The translations under genes were made by a program, and so were the position numbers. Source: Selaginella moellendorffii (taxonomy: Eukaryota > Plantae > Lycopodiophyta). Taken from it: a stretch of 64,000 nt of DNA. The notes under the pieces are model-generated. The model saw only the letters and a list, made by a program, of their open reading frames with translations, did not search any database and was not told the DNA's origin. The stretch is from the NCBI RefSeq assembly GCF_000143415.4, contig NW_003314261.1, forward strand, positions 6,604,817 to 6,668,816, read 5' to 3'. Positions 23,106-34,985 of this stretch are shown here, piece by piece. Within the stretch, counting starts at the first letter, position 1. Each line of letters begins with the position of its first letter.

Positions 23106-25717
23106 TCACATCAATTTGCATTTATCCTTGGGTTTCGAGTCCGATGACTTGGGTGGCGGACTGGCACTGCTCGGTCCCTGCAAGAAAATCTTTTAGTTCT
23201 GCGAAGGAAGTGCCATCTTCTTACCGTGACTAGCCTTCCAGGAGTGATCCCGCTGGATTGTCTGTGTCCCTTTCGCGGAGAATTGGATGGCTTTCGAGGG
23301 GACTGCTGCTGCTGCTGCTGTTGCTGCGGTTGCTGCGGTTGCTGGTTTTGCTGGTTTTGCTGCTGGTCGAATTCTTGTTGCTGCAGTGCCATGGCTAGCT
23401 CCAAATCCGAGCTGCACCAAAGACGTGATGGTAAGAACCGACACACTATAAAACCCAGTCATACTTGTAGCTTGGATCAATGGAAGTTTGCGGTGCCGGG
23501 ACTGGCTTTCCCATTTGAGAGATGTAATCCTACAGCAAAAGTAAAGATAAATACAGAGATCCTCCACTGAGATATTTGGTAACAACTCACAGCTGTGGCA
23601 GCGACTGCGTCACGCTCATTCCAGGAACTCGTGTTCCGATCGTCCGCCTTAAACAACGTGAAGTTGCCGGTGAAAAAGACAGAGTCACCGTCCACCTACA
23701 GCACGCAACCGTCAAGGAACGAACGTCACCCTTCAAATTAAATCACCTCGGTAAGTTTTTCCCACACGACATCGGGTTCGTTGAGGTAGCCTTGATCTGT
23801 CACAAGCAGAAAGAGATCTCCCTCGTACTGCAACACGACGATAAGCACTTGTAGCAATTACCGATTAACACAACCAACCAGACCTTAAACATCGCACTGA
23901 AGTGATTATTGCGGAAAAAAACACACAGCTCTCTTTCTTTCAGCCCTTCCTGCAAACTAAAGAGACTGGAAAAACAAATCGGGAAAAGACAAATATTCAG
24001 CAAAGAATAAACAAACGCTTGCAACGCACCCGTAGTATGTGAGTTGACTTGCGTGGCTGCTCAAAAAATTCTCAATAGCCAGCGCTGGAAAGTTTCAAAG
24101 CATCCAGTTACACATATTAGCCCCAAAAGTTTGCTTGAACTCAGAAACAAACAAATGGAAATCATACCTTCTGAAGTTCTCAAATCAGATCCACTGGATC
24201 CCGGCTCCGAATCAGCTATAACCGCTTCCCCTTCGTATAAAAGCTCCCGGTTCTCGAAGTCACCTTCAAATGACTGATATGTTGTTTCACCCTCGTAAAG
24301 CGGCTCATCGATTTCAATCCGTCCTTCATTCTCACGACCAGCATCCTCAGCGATGCTGTCAGCTGTCGCGGATTCCATCTTTTCTGCTTCTCCGCTGAGG
24401 TTCGAAGAATCAGCAGTCCTACAATCGTCTACTTCTACACACTCGAAATCTGACGAGCTACTGAGCTGCGAGCTCTCCGTTGTGTCGCGATCGATTTTGG
24501 TCTGCCACTCACTGTCCTCCGCCACCGTTACCAGTGACTCTGTACCACTGCCACCATCCTTTTCAGGCACCCATACTGTCATACTGGGCCACTCCTTGAG
24601 GCCTGCTTCCGTTTCCACCGGGTTCTTCTTTGGACTCGAAGCTCCATTTTCCGTATCTACAAGCTGCGTGCTTGGGACGTCCACTCTGGACAGGTTGAGA
24701 GCGTCGAGCAACTGAGCGGCTTCCTCCTCATCACCTTTCCTCTTTCGGGTTTCCTCCGCTTCATTTGAACCCTCTGTTTCTGTCTCCAATGACGTATCAA
24801 GCGTCTCCGGGGCTTCCTGCTTTTGGTCCGTGAAATCCAGAAACTGCAAGCCCTCAAAGGACGTTCTCGAGCAGAGACCTGGGGAAGGCACTCCTAAGCT
24901 AGCAGTGGTTGCAGCGGCAAAATCGACAGTCGGCTCCTCCTCCACAGCAGGCTTTCCAGCGTGCAATGCGACAAGCTTTTCAACGAGGACGTTGTAAGAG
25001 TTTGATCCCACTGCTCTGCTTGTGGTCTCATCCTACACCAGCAAAAGAGTAAGAGAATCGACCCTTAATGGCATAGTTACCTGAGGATCACAAAGCCAGC
25101 CATGGACAAGGCCAATGTCTAGAAGATCAAATATCGCGCACTCTGGGGTGAACTCAAAATCATGAATACTGCGAAAATAGTGCGAAAGTATAAGCGCCCG
25201 AGCCAAAGAAACGGCACAGTCCGGCTTACTTTCTAAACCGAACATTAACATCAATTCCAGTGGCAAGCCGAGGAAGCAACGAGATGGCATCCGAAATGTT
25301 CTGCTGCTGGTTCTGGACATAGTTCTCGTCCTTGTCCTGAACCAGAGGAAGAAAAAACAGAGGAGCAAATCCATGGAAAAATGGCATTAAAGCTTGAGTA
25401 ACTTTACCTGGTTGTTGCTATTCGAATCGAGCAGTCTCTCGGCTACCAAAATCAGTAGACTTTGTAGTGAGATGTCAGGAGAATCCTTGTGAAGTGTCAC
25501 GTTGTTTCTCAAGAGAAGAACGTTACCTGAGAAAACAAGGGAAAACAAAGTAAGAGAAAAGCTCCTAATGCAAACCAGTTAAAGTTTACTCACAGATAGC
25601 GATGAGAGGGCAAGGACCGTTATCGTTTTGGAGGATGATAGGCACGGGGCGGCCCAAGAAATTCACAATCTTCGTCTTGTACACGGCATCAGTCCTATCC
25701 TGCTCATTACCGCCCAT
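23106..25717 (-). CDS. MINDY-1/2 family deubiquitinase (DUF544), multi-exon, C-terminal CaaX (CKLM)
   Basis: IILQNDNGPCPLIAIC (catalytic Cys), GLVHGWLCDPQ, ELCVFFRNNHFS (catalytic His), the MIU-like SDLELAMALQQQEF, and the ending KDKCKLM*. Confidence 0.93.
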
Positions 25718-27858
25718 CGAGCTAGAATCGACCCCCCGCAGCTCACTACATTCCGAGGATCAGCTTCTCAGCTCGCCGCTCCTCCCACCGCCACCGCCAT
25801 CGCCATCATCCAAGTGTTCCTTCGTGGAAATAAAAAGCCCTAACCCTATGGTGCTGGAATATCCTAAAAGAATAGTTTAACTTGGGCAGACCCTTCCTCC
25901 CTGAACAATATAGAATTTTGTATACACAAAGTGGCAAGCGTGCTTTATGTGAAGATCCAAGGCAACTAATTATAGGTAAAGTGGTTCTTGCAGTTGTTTG
26001 TTGCTCTTCAAGTTCTGACTATTAGTCTAGTTCCAAACAAAGATCTCACTCCACCATCTCCACGAATGAATGCAACTATCAAGCCTTGTAACACAGCATT
26101 AGTTAATATGAGGGCATTTCTTTAACCTTTTGCTTTTTTTTCTTTCATATGCAAAGATAAACTTTGCTCATAATTTCGGCATTATTATTAGTGCATCCTG
26201 AAGTTCGAAGTGAAGATTAGCACTTAATGTAATTCTTACCAAACATTAAATCTCAAGATATATTATTTTAAATTTTCTTCTAATTCTTAGAATAAAAAAA
26301 AAATGGAGCATGTGAAACATGAATATTAAATTAGGATCATTTACTTTTAGACCACTTCATTTATAAAGATTCTTATCATATGTGGTTTAAATTTAATACA
26401 AGAATTTTTATTTGTATATCAGAATGTGAGTGCTCGGATATGGGTTTAAAATAGAACATTTAAATATTTTATTGGGCAATTATAGATTGTCATAAGAATT
26501 TTAAACTCCTATAACACCACTAACATAATTGGTGATAACCATGTTAGAAACAAAACCCAAAGCTATGGCACTAACATCACTCAATTATGAAATCTTGATG
26601 AATTAATTGTAATTATGTGTGTAACTCAACATTAAAGTCATAATTTTAAACCTAAACAAATAACTTTAAAAGCCACAACAATTTATAAAGTACCATTATA
26701 GTAAATAATATATTTCATTTCTAAATCTAGCCAATCTCTAATATTACTGTTAATTTAGACTCATGACCAACTTGCATTTGTGTTTTCCCTACAGTCAACT
26801 TCTATGAACATGGATGCCTTACCAAAATTTAAATATTAAGCACATATACATTAAAACTTTAGTTTCTATAAATTGTTTTATGGATACTTTTATACTTTTA
26901 AAAGTCCATATCAAATTTTATTAAAAATATCAAAAATACATTTACAATATATGTCAATAAGAAAGACACAATAAATATATAGTAGTTTGTTTAAGTTGGA
27001 GAGTCCAAAACAAAAAAAAAAATCATTAATACTGTTAATGTATTATTATGCTGTAACACATTATTTATTTTTCAACTCCATAAGTACAAATTAACACAAT
27101 TCTTAATCATTATTCAAAGTTATCACACTTCAGATTGAGTCAATAATGAAAATACTTGTATATAAAAATATATTTAACTTTAATATTTTTGTTTTTTATT
27201 TTAAGAATAATAATTATTGAATAAATAAATACTTTTTTAAAAAACATTTAAGACTGAAGGTACAATTGAATACTATGGTGAATAAAAGAAAAATGATTTA
27301 GAATGAACCAAAGAGAAAAAATATTTTATAATAATTTTAATTAATGTATAATATCTTATCAATAAAAATGTATAGCATTAGTTTTGATATAATAATTAAT
27401 AATGTAAATATTTATAATGTAAATTTTTTATGGATATGTTAATATGATAAATATTTAAATTTTCCAAAATGAACTTCTCCCAATTAAACATTATCACATA
27501 CATTTGAAAAAGACTTATCTTGCTACACACATAATGTATTAAATGTTTAAATATCTATTATTTTAAATTTTAAAGTTTATTTATTAAATAAAGTTTAACA
27601 TTAAAAATTGATCTCTCTTCCTATCATTTTACTTTTTGATTTCTTGATAATAAAGATAACAATTTTTTTGGACTATATTTTTCTGTTTCATTTGAAACAA
27701 TGATTATGTTAGTAATAGAGTTGGAATACTATCTATGTTGGAACACTTTGACAATTACGATCAATCTGTCTCTCTTTCACAGGGGAAGTTCCTTTCTCTC
27801 TCTGGCTCCCTCAGCTTTTCGCTGCTATTACCTTTTACCTCTTTGTATTACAACTATC

Positions 27859-30800
27859 TCACGGCGATTTCCAGTCAAACGGCAAGCTTGCAAAACCATT
27901 TGCCGCTCCCAAACTGCTCAAGATCCCGTTCTCGGCTAAGTCATGGACTCCTCCACTGTGATCTTGCGAAGAACTCATATACAAACTCTTTTGCTGCTGT
28001 GTACTTCTCATGCCCATCCCCAAGTTGGACGTGCTCTCCAGCACCGAGGCTCCAAAACCGTTTACGTTCCCAACGCCGTGGCTCAAACTATTCCCTGGCG
28101 AGATCATCCCGCTGCTCCCAGCGTTCATCATCATCTCTTGCAAGAGCTGATGGACGACGCTATCCTGCTGCTGGTGCTGCTGGCTGCTGGGTTGCTGCTG
28201 GAGCATCGAGGCGCTGTTACTGCCCATTATTGCCGGAGGAGAGCTCATCAAGTTTCCGGAGCTCGTTGGGCTCTGGAGGTTGCTGCTGCTCGTGAGGATC
28301 TGCGCGGCCTGGAAGCTGTTGTTGTTGGCGGTGGTGGTGGTGTTCTTGGGGATGATGAGCGATGAAGCTGGAGATATCGTAGCGCTATTACTTTGCTGCT
28401 GCTGCTGCTGATGCTGGTGGAGTAGAGAAGGGAATGAGCCGAGAAGGCCCTGTAAAGAAGTTCCTAGTTGCTGCTGTTGGTGTTGGAGTTGATATTGGTG
28501 TTGGTGTTGGTGTGCGTGATGTTGTTGTTGTTGATGATTATGTTGTTGTCTCGGCGGGGCAATGGTGGAGGAGCTCATGAGTTGATGTTGGTGATCGTGT
28601 TCTTGAGAAGTTGACGAGATTTGCAACTCCTGCGGCTGCAATTGTTGCTGTTGCTGTTGCTGATGCTGCTGCTGATGCTGCTGCTGATGCTGCTGCTGTT
28701 GATGTTGCTGGAGGAGCAAAGTTTGCTGCTGCTGCTGCTGGTGATTTCCATTAGCCATAGTAGTCGAGGCACCCCCAAGGCTTGTCCGACGAGGAAAAAT
28801 CTCCAAGCTCGCTGCGATAACCGAAATCAATCGTCACAGGTAAAAATCAATCTATGAAAGTAGGAAGTACCCTTGGGTCCCATAGAGTTTTCTCGACTGA
28901 AGTCAATCAAATCTTTCATACTGTTTACTACCTCTGATATCTGAACAAAAAAACCCGAGTTCTCATATAGTTTCGTACATTGAAAATACAAAAGTTTACC
29001 TGAAGACACCTAACGTATCTCTTCGTATAGCCAAGGTCATTTACCGTCGGAACTTCCAAGTTTCTTGCAAGATTTCGCGAGCTTGTTACAAACCTGAAAG
29101 AATGAAGTACAAAGGATGAAAAACCACAAAAATAAGGAAGAGAAAAAAATTTCTCACATGCTACAATTTGTTTGTAGGTCCTGTGACGATAGTCCAGCAG
29201 TTCCCGTTTGCGCGACACTCTGTTGGTACTTTTGTGCGACGGTGGCCAGCTGGGTCACCTGCAAGTCGAAAACTTTGAACTCCGGATTACAAAGAAAGAA
29301 GAAGTCAACCTGTGGAACTATCATTCTTCGAGGAAGCAGTTCTTCATGACTCCTTGCACAAAATTCCCAAGAGTGTATCTGTCAAGAAGAAAAACAATTC
29401 AAGTATAACTACACCTCTCAATGTTTGTTTTCATTTGTTCTTCTTACCTTGAGATCAGGAGAGAAGATTATCCGGAGCTGACCATCCCGCACAACACGCA
29501 ATTGATCAAAGATGCTCTCTTGAATGGCTTTCCCATACTCTAAAACGATGACCCCCGACGCCAAGCGGTACTCGTGAGGCATGTCCACGAACAGGAGCTC
29601 CTCGAGGATGCCACTGTCATACTTGATTTTGCAAAGCCGTGGCAAAACCTCCACAGTCGTCTCTAGAACAAGAAAGAAAATCACAAACACTCCAAAACAC
29701 ATAAGCAAGGAAAGAACTCACCAAAGCCTCGACCCGGTTTTGTTCCACAGATTTCACATTGCCAAACGTCCTGAGAGAAACCAACAGAGTTTTGTCACGT
29801 CAAGAAGTATTCTCCTGAGAGTTTTCACCTGAGGGAAGACACCAGTTGGCTGGCGGCCATTGTTCCCATTCCCGTACAGAGAAACACACCAGCGCTTCTT
29901 CGCACGGGGGGCAAAGTACTCCGCGATGAATCTCCTCCAAAACGTTATGCTATTGTCCTGCAAAAGCTTGCCATGTTTGTGGAACTCCGCGAGAAAGAGA
30001 GTGGAGTACCTGAGGCCGATGCCTTTGGTGATAGATATACTGCATGACACGGCGCGAGCAAGAGCCAGGCTCGTAGACTTGCTTAAGCTGAAGAGCCAGG
30101 AAGTGCTGCGGCGGAGGGGCGTTGCTCGATGAGGAAGAACTCGCGACGAAGCTTTGGTTCTGCTGGTGGAGCTGCTGCTGCTGCTGCTGCTGCTGTTGCT
30201 GCTGCTGCAAATGCTGGAGCTGCTGCTGTTGCTGCTGCTGTTGCAAGTGCTGGAGGTGCTGCTGGCGTTGGTGGAGATGAGACTGGCTCTGAGGCAGCGA
30301 TTGCAGCAGCTGCTGCTGGTGGTGCTTGAGCAATCTCTGCTGGTTGAGGAGGCTGAGATGAGCCTGGAGCTGCTGCTGCTGCTGCCGGGCTTGCTGCTGC
30401 TGGAGCATCTGCTGGTGGAGCTCCTCCTCGAGCTTCACCTCCACTTTCGGGATCAAAACGCTGTTTTGCTGTTGGTGGTGCTGCTGCGACTGTAACATTT
30501 GCTGGTGGAGATGATGAGTCTGCGGCTCCACCGGTTCCAACTTCACACCCCCAGCCGCCATCGCCGCCTGGTGATGGTCTTGCATGGTGGTGATCGTCGA
30601 CGTACCATTATTACCGCCACCACCACCACCACCGCTTCCACCACCGCTTCCGCCACCCCCGCCGCCACCTCCCACCACCGCCCCGCCGCTGGCTTGCTCC
30701 TGCGCAGCGCTGGAAACCAGCTGCATTGGAGGCTGGAAGTTGGCCAGCCCCGGATCATGCTCGAGCCTCGACGAGGAACTCCTCAGCAAACTCGCGCTCG

Positions 30801-31104
30801 AGGTGGTGGTGGTGGCGGTGGCGGCGGCGGCGGATGGATTATTTCCAAGGTTCCCGGAGGAAGAAGTTGGGCTGAGAACATCTACGCTGGATCCAAGCAG
30901 CGCATAATTTAGCGAGCTGGGAGAAGGATTGCTGCCGCTATGGAAAGCTCCACCCGAAGAGGACAAGTTTGATAAGTTGGCTAGGATCCCAAACTGTGAG
31001 GACGGCGTACCGCGCGGTATACCGCCAGGCGAGGGCCTTATGCCGCTGGCGGCGGGCGGCGGTACCGCCAGCCGGCGGTTCTCTAGGTACTGGTCTAGAG
31101 CCAG
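27859..31104 (-). CDS. SEUSS/SEUSS-like transcriptional co-regulator (LIM-binding domain, polyQ tracts), multi-exon; start uncertain, possibly CTG at 31104
   Basis: CSRRVMQYIYHQRHRP, DNSITFWRRFIAEYFAPRAKKRWCVSLY, VEVLPRLCKIKYDSGILEELLFVD, VNDLGYTKRYVRCLQISEVVNSMKDLIDFS, and a C-terminal FDWKSP. Confidence 0.93.
28395..28742. repeat. CAG/CAA/CAT coding trinucleotide repeats (polyQ/H) in the SEUSS-like gene
   Basis: Long (tgc/tgt/tga)n runs. Confidence 0.9.
30160..30490. repeat. CAG coding repeats (polyQ) in the SEUSS-like gene
   Basis: (ctg)n runs. Confidence 0.9.
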
Positions 31105-32876
31105 GCCGCCTGGATAGAGAGGAGAAGGAACCCAGTAGAGCCAGGAGAGGAGGCGCGCGGCGGCGGCGAGGAGGAGCCTAGGACAAATCCCTATCCCACG
31201 GGGAATCCCGGCGGCGGAGGCATCGACGAGATTGGGGGCTGGCGGAGGAGCTGCGGGGCGATTCCACTCACATTGGCGGCGAGCTGGGATTCATCAGCAT
31301 TGGCATTCCAGCGGCGGCGTCGTCATGGTGTGATCACGGTGGCGGAGGAGGAGAGACGATGCCGCGGCGGCTCCAATGCCGCCATACCTGGCTCCCTCTC
31401 TCGCATCGCTCGCGCGGCTCCTCCTTGCCTTGCTGTTATGGCTTACCTGGGAGTGAGCGCCTGGCACAAGCAACCCATGAGAGGGAAGCCCTCTAGCTTG
31501 CTCCTCTAGCTCGCTCCTCCAATTCCTCGCGCGACCCAGATGCCCAATGCCTAGCCAGCCCGCGAATCTCACTGCTCTCTCGCGCGAATCCCAGTCCCCG
31601 CCGGAGATTCAACCGTGGATCCGAGGCTCCGAGAGAGAGAGAGAATGGAATGGAATGGGGGGATCACAAGGGGGAAAAAGGGCGAGACAAAGGAAGGAAG
31701 AAAAACTCTCTCTCCTTTCGCGAGAGCTCTTCCTTCTCTCTCTCTCTCTTGTTTGCGAGAAAATAGACGCGATCCTCCGGAGAAGCAGAGATTTGGAGCT
31801 CGCCACTGTGTTTTCGTGTCCTCCAAAATGCCACGAGAGAAGAAAAAAAAAATTCCAAGGGCCAAAGCAAAAGAACAGAGCAAGTTAATGTTACCGGTGG
31901 CATTTCCCGGTGGCCGGTTAGGGTTTTCCCGCCGGCTGGCGGGCCGCCGGCGCCCGTTACCACCCGTCACCGCCCGTCGCCGGGTACATCCGTACGGTAG
32001 TGGGGGGAATGTTTCCCGGTGCGGCATATGCCCGTGGAATCTAGTTGTATCAAAGACAAAAACACGAGCTTGGAGGGTATCTTTGCGGGCGATGTAGAAG
32101 AAGGGCCTCACTCTCACGCTCCCTTGGCGGTGAAATTTCCAATTTTAATCGCTCCTTTTACTTCGAAGAATCCAACCCATTCCAACGCATTGGCCCTTCT
32201 AAAAAGTACAAAAGCGACACTGGATTGCGCAGGGAACCCTAATTCTTCGCTTCCCTTTATGATATATGAATGTTCTGCGTCACCTTTTCTCTCTTTTCTT
32301 TTGCATGGCGGGTTTGAAGAACCGTACGGAAGCGTTGCAACTGCCAGCCTTTTGCCAACTTATATTTTGTTGGAAACCTTTCCAACGGCCTTTTTACCTC
32401 CATGAACGCTCTTCGATTATCATTGATTGATCCATGGCAATGGAGGTAATTTACTTTTTACCAAAGGGAAACCTCGCCGGTGTATCTCTGGACCGGTAAA
32501 TCCAAGGGCCGTTGTCGTGTCAGTGAAATATGCCCTAGGGAGAGGCGCCCGTCATTCGACGCCCCGTCAGTTGACGAGGCATTTATTGGCATGTACGGTA
32601 GGTGTCCCGTACACTTCTTCTCGTTGGATATTCTCCCGCCCAAAGGCCGGATATTCTCCTCTCTTTTTTTTGTTTTTTTTTTTGAAAGAAAAAATGGTTT
32701 CCAATGTGTTCTGTTCATGTGCCCCGGGAATAAGATATAAAGCCAATTGCTCACGTCAATCGTGTCATAGCGTCATACCGATCTGTGGTTCTCATTCTCG
32801 AGTCCATTTCAAGCTGATGTGATGTGTATTTAATCATGAAAAACTCCACTGCCAGGGTTCGATCCTGGCCCTGGCG

Positions 32877-34895
32877 CTAGAGTTCCCCGTCCTCGTCTTC
32901 CTGGGCCTTCGATCGGCGGAGCAGATCGGCAATGCAGGCGTAGTTCTCGGCGGTGGGCGCGATGCCGTGATCGAGCAGCATGGACGCGAGCGAGTCCAAT
33001 CCATCGCGCAGGAGGCCGAGATGGGCACACGCGGATTGGAGCTCCGCCATGGTGACCGCGCTGGGCGGCGTCCCCTGGAGCTGCATCTCGCGGAAGAGGC
33101 GAAACCCTAGATCCACGCGCCCGTTGCTCGCGAAAGCCCTGATGATGGAAGTCCACGACACGACGCTCTGGCGGCGCAGCGATCGAAAGAGGGAATCTGC
33201 CCGGCCCAAGGATCCACAGCGGCCGTACATGTGGATGGCCGCGTTGTGGACCATGTCCGTACTTGGGCCATGCTCTGTTTCGCGGTCTGCGTGTTCCTCC
33301 TCCTCGAAGCACGCGTGGATTGCCTCGCCCTCGCCCAGCGCCGCGGAATTGGAGCACGCCGCGATCGCGCCCACGAATGCCAGAGCGACCGGCTTGACTC
33401 CCTCGAGATCCATTTGCTTGAAGAGATTGATCGCTGTCCGGGAGTCCCCATTTCGGGCGTAATTCGCGACCATCTTCGCCCACCCCGCGGCGCTGGTTGG
33501 ATTCTCAAGGAAAATCGCCCTGGCGGTGTCGAGGTCGTCGCATCGGCCAAACATGTCGATCGTGGCGTCCCGGAGCCGCGGATCCGACCAGAATTCGCTG
33601 TCGCCGATCCACGACGCGATCCTCTTGGCATCCGGCAGCGAATTGGGCGATGCGCATGAATCGATCAGCGCGATGAATGTGGCGCCGTCGGGCTTGATTC
33701 CCTCGAGATTTATCCGGAAAGAGAAAGAGATCGCCGACGCCGTCGCGCCACCCTTGGCAATTGCCGCGATGCCTATGTTCCACGACGAGATCTCCCACTG
33801 CGGCATTCTCTCGAGCGCACGCATCGCTCCATCGAAATCTCCAGATTGCGCACAAGCAGTCGCGATTGAATTCCAGGTGATTGGATCTCTTCTTTCCATC
33901 CGCGAGAACACGGCCCAAGATCTGGCCAGGTCTCCGTACCTGCCGTACGCAGAGAGTACGGCGTTCATCACGGCGGGGTTCGAATCCCTGGCCAGTTCTT
34001 CGTCCTCTTCGGCCGTACAGTGTATCGCCCTAATCGTAGAGGTGGAATGGCTTCCCTGGAGGAGCGTCAAATAGATCAGAGTGTTAGGTCTTGCGCCTTC
34101 TTGATCCATCACCTGGAAGAGCTGGAATGCTGCGCTGTGGCGATCGCATCGCGCCGCGGCGGTGATGATCGCGCTCCAGCAGACGACATTCTTCGCCACG
34201 GGCATTTCTTGGAAGAGCTCCAGCGATCGATCGAAATATCCGTTCCTGGCAAATGCTGTGCCGATGCTTGTCCAAGAGACAACGTCTGGATTGGGGATGT
34301 CCGCGAAGACGCTCCAAGCGCTGTCCAGACGCTGGCATTTTCCGTACATTGTGATCAGCGTGTTCGCTACAGCGGTGTTGTGGACAAGGCCGGCCTCGAG
34401 GGTTTGCTCGTGGAGCAGCTTCCCATCTCGCAATGATCGCAAGATCCCGCAAGAATCGATAGCGCTGACGAAGGTAAGATCATCTGGACGCTCTCCCTGC
34501 AGGCTCATCCGGTAGAAAATCTCCAATGCGTCTTGGCACTGATCGTTTCGCGCGCAGGCAGCGATGAGAGCGTTCCAGGATGCAAGATTTCGAGCCGGCA
34601 TCCTGTTGAAGACAATCTTGGCGTGATCGAGATCCCCATTCTCGGCACTGGCGACAAGAAAGATTGTCCACGAGTAAATATTTCGATTGCGGATGCTGTG
34701 GAAGATTGATCGGGCTTCTTGCAGGCACTGGCAGCTGCCATACATCTGGATCAGAGAATTCGCGACGAATGTGTGAGCGCCATAGCCATTCTTGTGAACT
34801 TCGCGGTGGAGCTCCTTGCCCTGGAGCAGCGATCGCGTTTTGGCGCATTGCTGGAGCTGAGATCCAAGTTCCTGGACAATGCGGAGATTATGCAT
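32877..34895 (-). CDS. PLS-class pentatricopeptide repeat protein, 672 aa; C-terminal E domain appears truncated
   Basis: Intronless P-L-S triplets (VANSLIQMYGSC, ANTLITMYGKC, NAAIHMYGRCGSL). The ORF ends shortly after ENYACIADLL. Confidence 0.92.
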   Translation of the reverse strand: MHNLRIVQELGSQLQQCAKTRSLLQGKELHREVHKNGYGAHTFVANSLIQMYGSCQCLQEARSIFHSIRNRNIYSWTIFLVASAENGDLDHAKIVFNRMPARNLASWNALIAACARNDQCQDALEIFYRMSLQGERPDDLTFVSAIDSCGILRSLRDGKLLHEQTLEAGLVHNTAVANTLITMYGKCQRLDSAWSVFADIPNPDVVSWTSIGTAFARNGYFDRSLELFQEMPVAKNVVCWSAIITAAARCDRHSAAFQLFQVMDQEGARPNTLIYLTLLQGSHSTSTIRAIHCTAEEDEELARDSNPAVMNAVLSAYGRYGDLARSWAVFSRMERRDPITWNSIATACAQSGDFDGAMRALERMPQWEISSWNIGIAAIAKGGATASAISFSFRINLEGIKPDGATFIALIDSCASPNSLPDAKRIASWIGDSEFWSDPRLRDATIDMFGRCDDLDTARAIFLENPTSAAGWAKMVANYARNGDSRTAINLFKQMDLEGVKPVALAFVGAIAACSNSAALGEGEAIHACFEEEEHADRETEHGPSTDMVHNAAIHMYGRCGSLGRADSLFRSLRRQSVVSWTSIIRAFASNGRVDLGFRLFREMQLQGTPPSAVTMAELQSACAHLGLLRDGLDSLASMLLDHGIAPTAENYACIADLLRRSKAQEDEDGEL

Positions 34896-34985
34896 GCACG
34901 AACATGAGGTAAGAAGAATTAAGTTGCTCTATAATCTAAGGACGAGTCGTGCGCTAGGGTTTATGGATGGTTTTAGCGAGCGGGC

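Noticed and set aside
30129-30912. PolyL/polyA/polyP ORFs on the + strand
   Set aside because: Antisense readings of the SEUSS-like polyQ and polyG repeats.
31547-32822. Cluster of ORFs upstream of the SEUSS-like gene
   Set aside because: Low-complexity GA/CT-rich promoter and leader sequence with no recognisable domains.
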